DNA of 64,000 nt from Ylistrum balloti (GCF_031769215.1 NW_026782635.1:62001-126000); one strand, 5' to 3'; counted from the stretch's first letter, positions 1 to 13,989 are shown. Notes: generated from the sequence alone by a model not told the origin. Numbers and translations are program-made.

Positions 1-180
1 GCTTAATATTGATCTGAAACCTGGCCTGAATTTATCGACAGCTTAATATTGATCTGAAACCTGGCCTGGATTTATCGACAGCTTCATATTGATATGAACC
101 TGGCCTGTATTTATCGTCAACTTGATATTGATATGAAATCTGGCCTGAATTTATGGACTGTTTGATATTGATCTGAAACC
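1..180. repeat. 40-bp tandem repeat (~4.5 degenerating units), truncated by the window edge
   Basis: Unit gcttaatattgatctgaaacctggcctgaatttatcgaca recurs at 1, 41, ~81, ~120, ~160. Confidence 0.85.
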
Positions 181-299
181 GGACAGATAGTGTGTGATAG
201 TTTCGAAAAAAATGTTTAGATATATCATCTTTTTAAATTTCTCTTGATCTTGATATATATATACTTATCGTCGATACTCAAATATACTGGACACTTCTT

Positions 300-485
300 T
301 TAAAAGCGCCACACCCAACATGGCGGGTGTGGCCAATGAAGCAGAAAACACTTACTCTTTCGAATCACCTGTTCTTCTTCTCGTTGTACTTTTTAAGGGG
401 TCTTTGAATAAATGTTTCTTTTGTTCATATTTTGCCATAGTTTTATTGAATTTGACTTTGGATTATGATTATGTTGACATTTTGG
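300..485 (+). mobile_element. 3' conserved segment of a Penelope-like retroelement family (fragment)
   Basis: catggcgggtgtggccaatgaagcagaaaacacttactc...gaatcacctg...gattatgattatgttgacattttgg matches the segments at 45330-45400 and 51950-52130. Confidence 0.65.
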
Positions 486-680
486 TATTTTAATATTATT
501 CCTCATCAATAAAATTTAGTTCCCTTGAGGGAAATTTTGATATCATATCGTTCTGTTTAGGTCCACTGTTCGTGCGAAACCAAAACAAATATCAACTTAT
601 CCTGATCTGGTGCAGTTGATTGCTACTCTTAATTACTTTTTTTTACAAGTTTTTGTTCAATCGCCCTTTATTCAGACACG

Positions 681-2915
681 GAATCCCCAGATATCTAGAG
701 TGATAGATATAGTATCCCCAGATATCTAGACTAGAGTCATAGATACAGTATCCCTAGATATCTAAAGTGATAGATACAGAATCCCGAGATATCTAGACTA
801 GAGTGATAGATACAGTATCCCGAGATATCTAGACTAGAGTGATACATACACTATCCCTAGATATCTTTACTAGAGTGATAGATACAGTATCCCTAGATAT
901 CTATAATGACATATGCAGTATCTTTAGATATCTAGAGTGATAGATACAATATCTCTTGATACCTACATTATAGTGATAGATACAGTATCGCCAGATATCT
1001 AGACTAGAGTGATAGATACAGTATCCCTAAATATCTAGAGTGATACATATAGTATGTCTAGATATCTAAACTAAAGTGATAGATATAGTATCCCTAGATA
1101 TCTAGAGTGATATATACGTTATACCTAGATATCTAGAGTGATAGATACAATATCCCTAGATATCTAGACTAAAGGGACATATACAGTATCCCTAGATATC
1201 TAGAATATAGTGATAGATACCGTATCCCTAGATATCAAGACTTATAGATACAGTATCCCTAGTTATCAAGAGTTATATATACAGTATCCCTAAATATCTA
1301 GAGTGATTGATACAGTATGCCTAGATATCTAGACTAGAGTGATAGATACAGTATCCCGAGATATCTAGACTAGAGTGATAGATACACTATCCCTAGATAT
1401 CTAGACTAGAGTGATAGATACACTATCCCTAGATATCTAGACTAGAGTGATAGATACAGTATCCCTAGATATCTAGACTAGAGTGATAGATATAGTATCC
1501 CTAGATATCTAGAATAGAGTGATAGATACAGAATCCCTAGATATCTAGACTAGAGTGATAGATATAGTATCCCTAGATATCTAGACTAGAGTGATAGATA
1601 TAGTATCCCTAGATATCTAGAGTTATAGATATAGTATCCCTAGATATCTAGAGTTATAGATAGAGTATCCCTAAATATCTAGAGTGATTGATACAGTATG
1701 CCTAGATATCTAGACTAGAGTGATAGATACAGTAGATATCTAGAGTGATATATACAGTATCCCTAGATACCTACATTACAGTGATAGATACAGTATCCCT
1801 AGATATCTAGTGATAGATACAATATTCATAGATATCTAGACTAGAGTGATAGATGCAGTATCCCTAGATATCTAGAGTTATATATACAGTATCCCTAAAT
1901 ATCTAGAGTGATTGATACAGTATCCCTAGATATCTAGACTAGAGTGATAGATATAGTATCCCTAGATATCTAGACTAGAGTGATAGATACAGAATCCCTA
2001 GATATCTAAACCAGAGTGATATATGCACTATCCCTAGATATCTAGAGTTATAGATACAGTATCCCTAAATATCTAGAGTGATGTATACAGTATGCCTAGA
2101 TATCTAGAATAGAATGATAGATACAGAACGCCTAGATATCTAGAATAGAATGATAAATATATTATCCTTAGATATCTAGAGTGATAGATACAGTATCCCT
2201 AGATATCTAGAGTGATAGATACAGTATCCCTAGATATCTAGAGTGATAGATGCAGTATCCCTAGATATCTAGAGTGATAGATACAGTATCCCTTGATACC
2301 TACACTATAGTGATAGATACTGTATCGCTAGATATCTAGACTATAGTGATAGATACAGTATACCTAGATATCTAGAGAGATACAGTATCCCTAGATACCT
2401 ACATTATAGTAATAGATACAGTATCGCTAGATATCTAGACTATAGTGATAGATACAGTATCCCTAGATATCTAGACTAGAGTAATAGATACAATATCTCT
2501 AGATATCTAGAAAAGAGTGATAGATACAGTATCGCTAGATATCTAGACTAGAGTGGTAGATGCAGTATCCCTAGATATCTAGACTAGAGTGATAGATACA
2601 GAATCCCTAGATATCTCGACTAGAGTGATAGATGCACTATCCCTAGATATCTAGAGTTATAGATACAGTATCGCTAAATATCTAGAGTGATTGATACAGT
2701 ATGCCTAGATATCTAGACTAGAGTGATAGATACATTATCCCTAGATATCTAGAGTAATATATACAATATGCCTAGATATCTAGAGTGATAGATTCAGTAT
2801 CCCTAGATATCTTGAGAGATAGATACAGTATCCATATATCTGGAGAGATAGATACAGTAACCCTCGATATCTGGAGAGATAGATACAGTATTCCTAGATA
2901 TCTGGAGAGATAGAT
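681..2915. repeat. ~2.2-kb satellite of mixed 31-bp and 36-bp units containing the palindrome CTAGATATCTAG
   Basis: Unit gtatccctagatatctagagtgatagataca (31 bp); an extra ctaga gives the 36-bp variant. Confidence 0.95.
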
Positions 2916-3409
2916 GTTTCCTCTCCCCATGGATTTTACCTATATTCTTTGTGCATTTTGTTGCAGTCGGAATTATTAAACTTGTGATTTAATGAATACC
3001 TTAAAATACAAATTTAAAAAAAAAACTCACCATAACACAAAGTTACCAAGTGCAGGAGACCGAAAATTGACACCATAATATCCATCATCAGCCTGGACAA
3101 ATGGAGTTTTTTGTTCCCTATAGTTGGCGTCATTATGCAAAAGCATTAATATAGCTTTATTAATCAAAATTCACCTACAGTTAAATTCTCCAAAACCGAT
3201 AATTGCTTATTAAGTCTATCAGTATAGGTGATTTATCTTGGACGATAAAGTTTTTTTGATAGATCAAAGTGTTAGACAAATATCTGGTGCTGTGCAATTT
3301 CCGTCTGTGCTTCCTGCGAGTGTCAATTCACGTGGATACACAAATATTAATCTGATCCAGAAACATCAGACAGTTATCCTAGAACAAATGGTACCTTGGT
3401 GATACTATA

Positions 3410-3570
3410 AAAACAAGAAAATACCAACGTGGCAACATAATTCAAACTCAATTTCAATAATGTGAACAAAAGCAAGATTTACGAGGAAACTTCCATAAAA
3501 GTACAAGGAGAATAAGACCAGGTGTACCGAGATAGTAAGCGTCTTCTGTTTCATTGACAATAACCGCCAA
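3410..3570 (-). mobile_element. Penelope-like element 3' segment, reverse orientation
   Basis: aagaaaataccaacgtggcaacataattcaaactc...agaccaggtgtaccgagatagtaagcgtcttctgtttcattgacaataaccgcc is the reverse complement of the segment at 300-485 and 51950-52130, and is close to 58065-58245. Confidence 0.65.
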
Positions 3571-6284
3571 ACAAATCATAGATCACAATGTTTAATCTCA
3601 CCTGACTGTTTGTCAGACGTACCTTCCAGGCATAGTTTGCACAAATACATCGTGATAATGGTGACGTAATGCATTGTTTATTATCTGATCACCGGTAGAA
3701 TTCTGAATCCTCAACATGTTGCTATGGGGAGAGGGGTATACCGATACAGTAACGAACATATAGAACATTGCGAAATGGATCTATCTAAAGCGAATATTCG
3801 ATGATAAGAGTATTTATGAATGTGATTTTAAGAGGATTTAATAGGATGATAGTGAACGCAGGCATTTCTGCCTCTGTATTCACACCAATGCAATGTATTA
3901 ATATGAACATAATTATTTTAGAGAGTGACACTACACGAAAGAGCCAAACAGAGAGCGATACAGAGTATGAACCAGCCATCTTCCTACTTTTCGCCTCAGA
4001 GTCCGTCAAAACACATTTTCTTCACCGCTTCCCTCGCAGGCTTTCTGCCATTTTGGAAGACGGCAGATTTATTTACAGTTCTTTGCGCATGCGTCAAAGG
4101 GCAGGACTTCCCGTATTATTATAAATAAACACTGAGTCGTTTCGAATTCTAATTAAAAACTATTTATTACGTTAGATTGGTAGCGATTTATTTTTCAATT
4201 GCGGTCTTACAGGGAATGTCAGAACTTTTGCTACCTCTAGATATCTATATATTTATATAAAATAGTATCGGTGAGCATATATTTTTTTGTTTACAAAACA
4301 CGTCAATTTAATGTTCACATATATAATGTATATAAAATGTGTGTCCGTACACTAAGGCCGGTCAGGCAAGTCAAAAAACATCAAATATGCGAGTGTATCT
4401 AGCTATTCAGTGTTCATCTGATATATCTACAAGTGCCCGATTTATATATTAATGACTTGATTAAGAAATATCCTTAGTTATATTCCTATATATATAGAAA
4501 AGTAATAAACTATATCTCACACTTATTTCTATGCCATTTCTAAATTTATATCTACCACGACTGAACCGAACAACGTGCATACATCATTAGCTGTCGGTCT
4601 GTTTAACAAGACATCATTTTACCACTTTTTCTTCAAAATACACCTTTTTTCATTTCTAAACATCCTTTTAATTTTGCAAGCACCTTTTAATACCTTGGAA
4701 AACATATTTTTTTAAGTTAATAGGAGCTTTATTGACGACAAAATGGATTAAAATGACTACAAACTAGATTACAACACTAGGTCAACAGAGATATTTAAGA
4801 ACAGTTGGAAAACTACGAGCATTTTGTTTGTCAAAGGTTACATTGATGCTGATAAACGACAAACTAACAATAGAAAATGACGTATCATGCGACGAAAAAA
4901 AAACAAAAACAAAAAAACAAACTTTCGTAAACAATAATTGCTATCACTATTTAGTGAGAATTGCAGCACGGATTTAAGTATCTAATGATGGTCCCAAATT
5001 ACTATAACTATTTTTATTTTTAAATTTATCAGAAAAACAAAACGACGAGCAAGCGGCCATCTTAGATATTTGGAGTTAATTAAGATTTAAACCTCCCAAA
5101 TGGCATGTTTTTCACATTGTGATGATTTTGAAATCGAAACAAGAAGCACCATTCATTTTCTGGCTTGAAAATGAGTCTTTTAGCATTACTGCTGTAACAA
5201 ATACATAATGCAGTTTAATCTATATGTTTCTCTAGTGTAAATATATATTGAAAGGTTCTTATACCTTAGTATACAAAAGAACACAAGAAAATAAGAACAT
5301 AGCAACATAGTCATAATTAAAACTCAAATTCCATTAAAATAGCGCAAAATATGAATGAAAGAAAGATTTACACTTCCAGTGTACATAATTTCATTTTCTA
5401 TATCACCACAGTGTTATTGACATTCAAGAAGTGTTTGCTTCATTATAGATTAAAAAAAAAAACAGAACGAAATAAAGTGCTCTAGTTGATAGTAACAAAA
5501 CGAGGTCGATGGTGGTGAGGGACTTAAATATCACTGATGCAGTATATCTAAAAATATTAAAATCAAGCAAGATTCAAGATACAATTTTCTTTCCATGGTA
5601 CCATTTCTCCTTCCAGTGCTACAAACGGCTTCCCAAAAGATGCAGTCAAAATGTGATCTCAATAAGCATAGAAATGGAGGTCGTTGTTAAATGACCCTAG
5701 CCAACGATCAAAAGTTCAACAATGTAAACCAAACCAGATTTTTTTAATCACAAGATATTTTTGTGATTTTTAAATAAAAAAGTAAATTATCATATTCATT
5801 GTTACTTGTGAATAACGGTCAATGATACCTCTAAATACTGTTTAATTAAACCCGTATAAAGGATCGATATCGGATGTTGGAGCTATATGAAAGGACGCCT
5901 AGCATTTAGTTTTTTGTTGTTTTATATATGTGTGTGTACGCTACGTGGGGAAGAAAATATTTTATTTGTTCCGAACAATTATCCGCTTTTTTTTATTAAA
6001 AAGTCTGTCGTGACAGATATGAATTGTTGTCAAACATGTAGTTTATTAATATTCTTGCTATATCCATTAATATCTGACCGGTGAATGACAACTAATAGTA
6101 AAACGTGAGGAAATCCGCATAAAACTCCGTATGATAAGTCACTTCAAGGGAAGAAATTATTGTACACATCATTATAATCATCAAATGGAATCTGGAAGTA
6201 TTCAAATGAGAAGCCGTGAAAGGAGAGTATATCCCGCCAACATTATACACACTTATTTGTATGTTCCTGCTTATACGAACAGAA

Positions 6285-6645
6285 ATCAGTGGACCGCAGA
6301 GGAAAAAAGGAAGTTATAACTACACAGTATAGGGAACGGGCTGAACATCTCTAGACCATGGAAGGAACGGGCTGTAAATCACTGGGCCGCAGCGGGAACA
6401 GGAAGTATTTAACTAAACAGCAGAGAGAACGAACTGGAAATCACTGGACCGAAGAGGGAACAGGAAGCAAATCACTACATGGTAGATGGAACGGACTAGG
6501 CATCACTAGACCATGGAAGGAATGGGCAGGACATCACTGGACCGCAACGGGAACAGGCGGTATATAACAAGACAGCAGAGGAACGCGTTGGGCAGCACTA
6601 CACAATGGAAGGAACAGGTGGACATCACTGGACCGCAGAACGATG
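6285..6645. repeat. Degenerate ~31-bp minisatellite
   Basis: atcactggaccgcagcgggaacagg-like motif recurs at ~6288, 6378, 6440, 6471, 6502, 6533, 6594, 6626. Confidence 0.6.
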
Positions 6646-7054
6646 AACGATCATGTACTGCTCAATGTAATATAAATTAGCAAGTGTTAGCGTTGTGATT
6701 TCTTGACAGCAATCAATAAATAGATAATTCATTGTAGAAGGAATTAACTTTGATTTCAGCTTGGGTATGGTCATCATCTGAGTAATCATTTGTCCTTATT
6801 TGTCGGATGCTATATAATTATCAACATTATATGGTTCATTATGCAACGAAAACATACGTTTAGTTATCATTTGGGCTGCAGATATTTTTCTAGACACTTG
6901 CTAAATGATAATCATCTTTTCTAATTGGTTAAAAATATCTAACTTCCCAAACTTCTATTGGAAAAATTGCAGATCACACTTGACCTAAACAGTTCTCTGG
7001 AGTCCAAAAACATGCTCTTATTATAAATTTTTGTTGGATTTGAGATAGAATATG

Positions 7055-8190
7055 AATTTGCATCCCTGTAACCTTAATTTGTATCCCTGTAACCTTAATT
7101 TGTATCCCTGTAACCTTAATTTGTATCCCTGTAACCTTAATTTGTATCCCTGTAACCTTAATTTGTATCCCTGTAAACCTTAATTTGTATCCCTGTAACC
7201 TTAATTTGCATCCCTGTAACCTTAATTTGTATCCCTGTAACCTTAATTTGTATCCCTGTAACCTTAATTTGTATCCCTGTAACCTTAATTTGTATCCCTG
7301 TAACCTTAATTTGTATCCCTGTAAACCTTAATTTGTATCCCTGTAACCTTAATTTGTATCCCTGTAACCTTAATTTGTATCCCTGTAACCTTATTTTGTA
7401 TCCCTGTAACCTTAATTTGTATCCCTGTAACCTTAATTTGTATCCCTGTAACCTTAATTTGTATCCCTGTAACCTTAATTTGTATCCCTGTAACCTTATC
7501 CCTGTAACCTTTTTGTATCCCTGTAACCTTAATTTGTATCCCTGTAACCTTAATTTGTATCCCTGTAACCTTAATTTGTATCCCTGTAACCTTAATTTGT
7601 ATCCCTGTAACCTTATTTTGTATCCCTGTAACCTTATTTTGTATCCCTGTAATTTTAACTCACACCCCTTTAATCTTAATTCGCATCCCTTTAATCTTAA
7701 TTTGCATCCCTTTAATCTTAATTTGTATCCCTTTAATCTTAATTTGTATCCCTTTAATCTTATTTCGCATCCCTGTAACCTTAATTTGTATCCCTTTAAT
7801 CTTATTTCGCATCCCTGTAACCTTAATTTGTATCCCTTTAATCTTATTTCGCATCCCTGTAACCTTAATTTGTATCCCTTTAATCTTATTTCGCATCCCT
7901 GTAACCTTAATTTGTATCCCTGTAACCTTAATTTGTATCCCTTTAATCTTATTTCGCATCCCTGTAACCTTAATTTGTATCCCTTTAATCTTATTTCTCA
8001 CCCCTGTAACCTTAATTTGTATCCCTTTAATCTTAATTCTCACCCCTGTAACCTTAATTTGTATCCCTTTAATCTTATTTCTCACCCCTGTAATCTTAAT
8101 TTGTATCCCTTTAATCTTAATTCTCACCCCTGTAATCTTAATTTGTATCCCTTTAATCTTAATTCGCATTCCTTTAATCTTAATTCATAC
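7055..8190. repeat. 21-bp satellite turning into a 42-bp two-monomer higher-order repeat
   Basis: Unit atccctgtaaccttaatttgt; after ~7650 ctgtaacct and ctttaatct monomers alternate. Explains the YPCNLNL and IKIKGIQ ORFs. Confidence 0.95.
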
Positions 8191-8940
8191 AGTCTTTATC
8201 TGAATTCGAACAAAGTAAGAAAAAGAAATCACCTGTATATAACGCTATGAAATATCCGTTTCGTTTAAGTCTTTATGTACTGTAATCCTAAATTTGATTT
8301 CTGATGAATGCGATATGGAAAATGTCGTCTCAAGTCAACATTAATGTTTGATATATAATCAACAACATTATACGTAACATATAAGAAAAGGTAAAAGTGT
8401 TTCCATATATGAGCAAGATGGAAAGCAAATATCATTTTTCACCGTTGACCTCCTTGTATGACCTATGTTCTTGCATGACCTTTGAACTTTCTACTTATTT
8501 TACCTGTCCGAGAAAGACCTAACACTTCAGGCGGAGGATCACGATGAAATTAGACGTAGACAAAGGTAATGTACTGTAACACTATATATATTAGGCATGT
8601 ACATTTAGGTGTTAAATGATAACATCTTTAAGTTACCAGCATATTTGTCCGAGTTGACATTACATCGTACGTGTCAGCTAAACTTCTGCCCCTAACACGT
8701 GTCCCAGCCTGTTAAACACGAGCATGTAAACTTCTTTTAAAGATCCTATTTAACTGTTTTTAAATCTTAATATATGGTCAATGATGAACGAAATAATTAA
8801 AAGCGTCGCTATTTATCAATTGTCTTGTCAGTAAAACATAAGAACTTATCAATTAGATTAAAACACATATTATTACTATGAGTTATCTGATAACATCACT
8901 AGTGATTAAGTATTTTTTCTAATGATGATATAACTTTTGT

Positions 8941-10185
8941 ACATTCTGCCAATCAGAGCGGGGATTTCTAGTCACTCATTTCTGCCAATCAGAGTGGGGC
9001 TTTCTAGTCACTCAATTTTGCCGATCAGAGTGGGGCTTTCTAGTCACTCAATTCTGCCAATCAGCGCAGGACTTTCTAGTAATTCATTTCTACCAATCAG
9101 AGCGGGGTTTTCTAGTCACTCATTTCTGCCAATCAGAGCAGGACTTTCTAGTCACTTATTTCTGCCAATCAGAGTGGGGCTTGGAAGCACTGGAAGTTAA
9201 TTTGAAAAAAAAAAAATCAGAGCAGGACTGTCTAGTCACTCATTTCTGCCAATCAGAGCGGGGCTTTCTAGTCACTCAATTTTGCCAGTCAGAGCAGGAT
9301 TTTCTAGTCACTCATTTCAGCCAATCAGAGTGGGGCTTTCTAGTCACTCATTTCTGTCAATCAGAAGTGAAATTTCTAGTCACTCATTTCTGCCAATCAG
9401 AGCAGGACTTTCTAGCCATTCATTTCTGCCAATCAGAGTGGGGCTTTCTAGTCACTCAATTTTGCCAATCAAAGTGGGGCTTTCTAGTCACTCAATTCTG
9501 CCTATCAGAGCGGGGTTTTCTAGTCACTCAATTCTGCCAATCAGAGTGGGGTTTTCTAGTCACTCAATTCTGCCTATCAGAGCGGGGCTTTCTAGTCACT
9601 CATTTCTGCCAATCAGAGTGGGGCTTTCTAGTTACTCAATTCTGCCTATCAGAGCGGGGTTTTCTAGTCACTCAATTCTGCCAATCAGAGTGGGGTTTTC
9701 TAGTCACTCATTTCTGCCAATCAGAGCGGGTCTTTCTAGTCACTCAATTTTACCAATCAGAGCAGGATTTTCTAGTCACTCATTTCTGCCAATCAGAGTG
9801 GGGCTTTCTAGTCACTCATTTCTGTCAATCAGAAGTGAACTTTCTAGTCACTCATTTCTGCCAATCAGAGCAGGACTTTCTAGCCATTCATTTCTGCCAA
9901 TCAGAGGGGGGCTTTCTAGTCACTCAATTTTGCCAATCAAAGTGGGGCTTTCTAGTCACTCAATTCTGCCTATCAGAGCGGGGTTTTCTTGTCACTCAAT
10001 TCTGCCAATCAGAGTGGGGTTTTCTAGTCACTCAATTCTGCCTATCAGAGCGGGGTTTTCTAGTCACTCAATTCTGCCAATCAGAGTGGGGTTTTCTAGT
10101 CACTCAATTCTGCCTATCAGAGCGGGGCTTTCTAGTCACTCATTTCTGCCAATCAGAGTGAGGCTTTCTAGTCACTCAATTAAAA
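8941..10185. repeat. 36-bp satellite with CCAATCAG in most units and a 468-bp internal duplication
   Basis: Unit ttctgccaatcagagcggggctttctagtcactca(a/t); diagnostic variants tcagaagtga (9361, 9829) and tagccatt (9413, 9881) are both 468 bp (13x36) apart. Confidence 0.95.
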
Positions 10186-13100
10186 TTTGACGATTTTCTG
10201 GCTTGGAAGCACTGGAAGTTAATTTGAAAGAAAAAAAAAACTGTTGGCATGAAAAAAGAATACCGCCTTCAGTAGCCAATTCACAATTGCGTCATCTTGT
10301 TGTCATACGTAATATGCTGAATACTCGTGAGCTATATATATTTAAACAGGAAACCATTCAATATCTACTTATGTATATATACGTAATAATTTTTCTTCTC
10401 CTGTTTTGGGTGAAGACCACTAAAGTTTCAACAAAAATGATTTCGAGTTTCATAAATCAAATGCCAAAAATTGCATATTATTATGTAAGAAGGTATTTTA
10501 ATCATAATTTACCAGTTTTCATCAACGCAAATAGGAGTCGAGATAAGCAACTAATAAGTAGGTTTGTTTCCTAAATCTTTCATAAAGGCAACAACGTGTG
10601 ATCCACATGGGTTGCCTCGTTACCTTATGTAGGATATAGAGACGATAATATTAGTAAACGCATGTAAACATACACGGATCAAAGTTGAAATATTTCATAT
10701 TCCGGACAGTTGAGTATAAATAATTTTCAAATGCATGTTACTTAACCTTTACGTCAGGATTACAAGTTTTCTTGACCACCTGGCGTCCGGACTAGCGTGA
10801 TCCACGGTATATAATTGAGTTCAATATAAACAACGGTGATAAATAACGACATACGTACACGCTGTTAGACAAATGTCTGTAATTCAGAAACTTTATAATG
10901 AAGAATAAGAATTAATCTGCTTGATATGACGTTGTTTACCTATCCGCGAACCGAAGTCGTTAACTTCTGACTGTCGCGACATACGACGGAGGTGACTTGA
11001 TATGTTGCTTCTCATGTGTGTACGAAGAATATTTATCTTCTCAGTGCTTGTGAATGTGTACAAGTAAATGTCAAGTATTTGCGGAACCTTAATTATTTTT
11101 CTCACACACATATATTTCAGATTTCTTTAAACCTCTCCAACACATACAACTATTTCATGAATAGTTTAGAAAAGTGTTCTAGTAATAGCCACAAGGCGAA
11201 ACGTCCTTTATATGAGGTAGGGTTGAAAGAAAGGACACGCCACTTTTCAGAAGTGCGTACGAGAAAAGTATGTGACCATTTCAAGGATATATAAGATATC
11301 AGTATCCACAGATGAAATACACTGTATAATATCAATTCAACATAGGTTGATTGTTTTTTGTTTGTCATGCTGCCTCAGGTTAGTGCCACAATTGTTCGTA
11401 CAGGGCCAAACACATCCACAAGGTCGTGTCAATTACCAGACGGCACGTGTCCTTGAAAAACAATAACCATTTCATTGATGGTGCCTTTATGTTGTATCTT
11501 TATTTACATGAATCGTGATTGAAGTCGACAGAGCGCTTTGAAGAAATGTGAATCATTGATATTAAACAAATACCAAAGTAAAAATCAATTTCAACATTTG
11601 TTTAAGTCGACATAAGAATGATAAACATATCGTGAAAAATATTTTACCCAGAATTCTTCAGAGATTAAGTTGAAAAGCATGTACAGTGAATATGTTTAGT
11701 GTGTCTCCTCGTCAAGTCAGGGTCATTTTGAGGCAAAGTCTATTTGTAGTAACTGGCTTTTTCATACAGTGTTTTCGTCATGTGTTATCCTTAGCAATTT
11801 GGATAAAGGGCATTTCCCAAGAACACAATTACCACAGTAGCTGATAGTTAACGCCCCGAGAAGGGATTCTGATATCGCACTTTTGAGCTCCACCATGTAT
11901 CTATTCAAATTGTAAAATTGTCAAAAATGCTACAAAAATTGCAGATGTACTTAATTGCTTACCGCCATGTTTAAGTCTTCTGCTTGGCTCTGCTTTTCAA
12001 ATTCAACATGTGCACCATACCTCTGCTAGTGATTTTTTAAACTGAGACATGGTGTCCAGTCTACTAAATAAAATTACTAGACTTTCATGAAATCTATTAC
12101 TATTACTTTAAATCGCATGTCACTTGTGACGCCTTTAAATGGCAGTTTCATTTGAAGACCAAACTTTCGGCAGTAAATACATTTATGTCACTAGGGTCTA
12201 TATTTCACTGCAAAATGTGTATAAGCAGACGTCATAAGCATTGAACTATGCTGCCTATGGTGTTTATTATCGATATAAAGGACAAAAGTTGCAGATAAGC
12301 ATAGCATAATGCACAATATTAAAGTGAGAACATTGCTTATGGGTTATGCTTGTCTACCAAACGTTTTTATTGATTTCGGCCATAAAAACCAAACCTGGCA
12401 ATTTTATGTCTAAATAGGATTTATATTTACATACCACGAAAACAGCGAACAAATTAAAACAGTAAAATGGCTTGATTCTGCACATTTAGAAGAAAAAGGC
12501 TAAGTAGCTACTTGTCATTAAAAGCATTCCACCTATCTAAAGTCGGCTAAAAAAGCCTATACGGATTGCCAGAAGTAATGTCTATTTACAAAGTGTATCT
12601 AGGTTACGTCTATGTTTGAAGTTACTTTAAGTTTTAAATTATCTACAGCAAAGAGCCAAGCTGACTTGTAATTTAGCAATGTTGCCAGAGGGCTTCGTTA
12701 TTTGCATACAATTGTACACACGTTAAGGTATATAAAAGTAAATGGCAGCCATCAACTGGACTTAAATATTACGTTTATCATCTTTATGTGGTCAACATTG
12801 TCAAACTTTCAGGCGTGGAAGTCTAAATACAGATAAAAACAGCCACAGCTTCTGTTATTCTTAAGTAAATTTATAATTACAAGTAAGACATTTGAGTCAT
12901 TTGTGAAAACGCTAATGCACGATATTCGAAGCAATTTCCGCGTTAAAGTCTCATTCAGACGTATGGAACCAAGCGAAACACCAATCAGCGATATTTAGGG
13001 AATAAGGATATTGAGAACTAAATACAATAAAACATTGTGTGCCTAAATCCAATATCTGACGGAGCCGATTATCTCAAATTTACCATTGTTCATTAGTAGG

Positions 13101-13989
13101 TCTCCCATGATGACCTACATGTAAATAGATAAAAAAAAATTTCAAATTTTTACTCGTGAAATATAGGAATTTTTCTATTGGATAAAACCAACTGTAAAGG
13201 TCACATCGTATATCACCAGTTTTACTAGTGATTTATAGAATTTCGTAGTTTTGACCAATCAGAGCCGTAGTTTCTAAAATTAGATATTCACTGCATTGAG
13301 GTTGGTCGATTTTCCTCTTAGTCGGCAAATTGGGGGTGAATGTTGAGTTTATATTTTCCCGGTGCATTTTTGGGTTTTCTCTAACTTGGAATACAAACCT
13401 TTTTGAAATCGACTCCTGTCATGAAATGGAAGAATATCAAGTGTTTATTTGAAATGTTGTTGATTTGTTCTGAAGCGTAAGATGTTGGGATGCACTATTT
13501 GGAGGTGGATATATGTTTGTTGTGTCATACTAATGTTGTACGCTATATAAACAGAACATATAAAGGAAAACTCATTTAAGTGTTTATCAGTTATTACATA
13601 ACCCATGTACATGCAATTTCGACATGAAAACTTTAAGTTTGCTGACCTCTCAGATACCACAACAACAAAAATAACGCCATACTTCAAATACTTTAGGTAT
13701 TCCAGCGTCATCATAACTTAATTCTAAAAATCTTAAATTTTTTCCAGATTTTTTAATGAAATATCGGGAAAAAATCGATGTTTCAAGGAGTTTTATTTCA
13801 TGGATCATGTTTTGACTTGTTCTTCACGACGGCATGGTTGATTAATATTACAGACTAATGAATTAAACATATTTTATTGCAAAAAAAAATATTACAACAG
13901 GATTAGGTACAAGTTATTACAACTTATGAAACACCCTTTCCCCAATATATAACAAAATATAATTAGACAACGCAATAGCCATATGGCAA

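Noticed and set aside
3785-4128. Three overlapping ORFs (74-107 aa)
   Set aside because: No recognisable domain or splice pattern; overlap in several frames is typical of chance ORFs in a locally GC-richer repeat.
7333-8250. 305-aa (+) and 169-aa (-) repetitive ORFs
   Set aside because: Direct translations of the 21-bp satellite; non-ATG or arbitrary starts and no splice or domain support.
9181-10190. 326-aa and 302-aa ORFs with Cys/His spacing that resembles zinc fingers (THFCQSE)
   Set aside because: 12-residue period comes from the 36-bp satellite; no C2H2 spacing.
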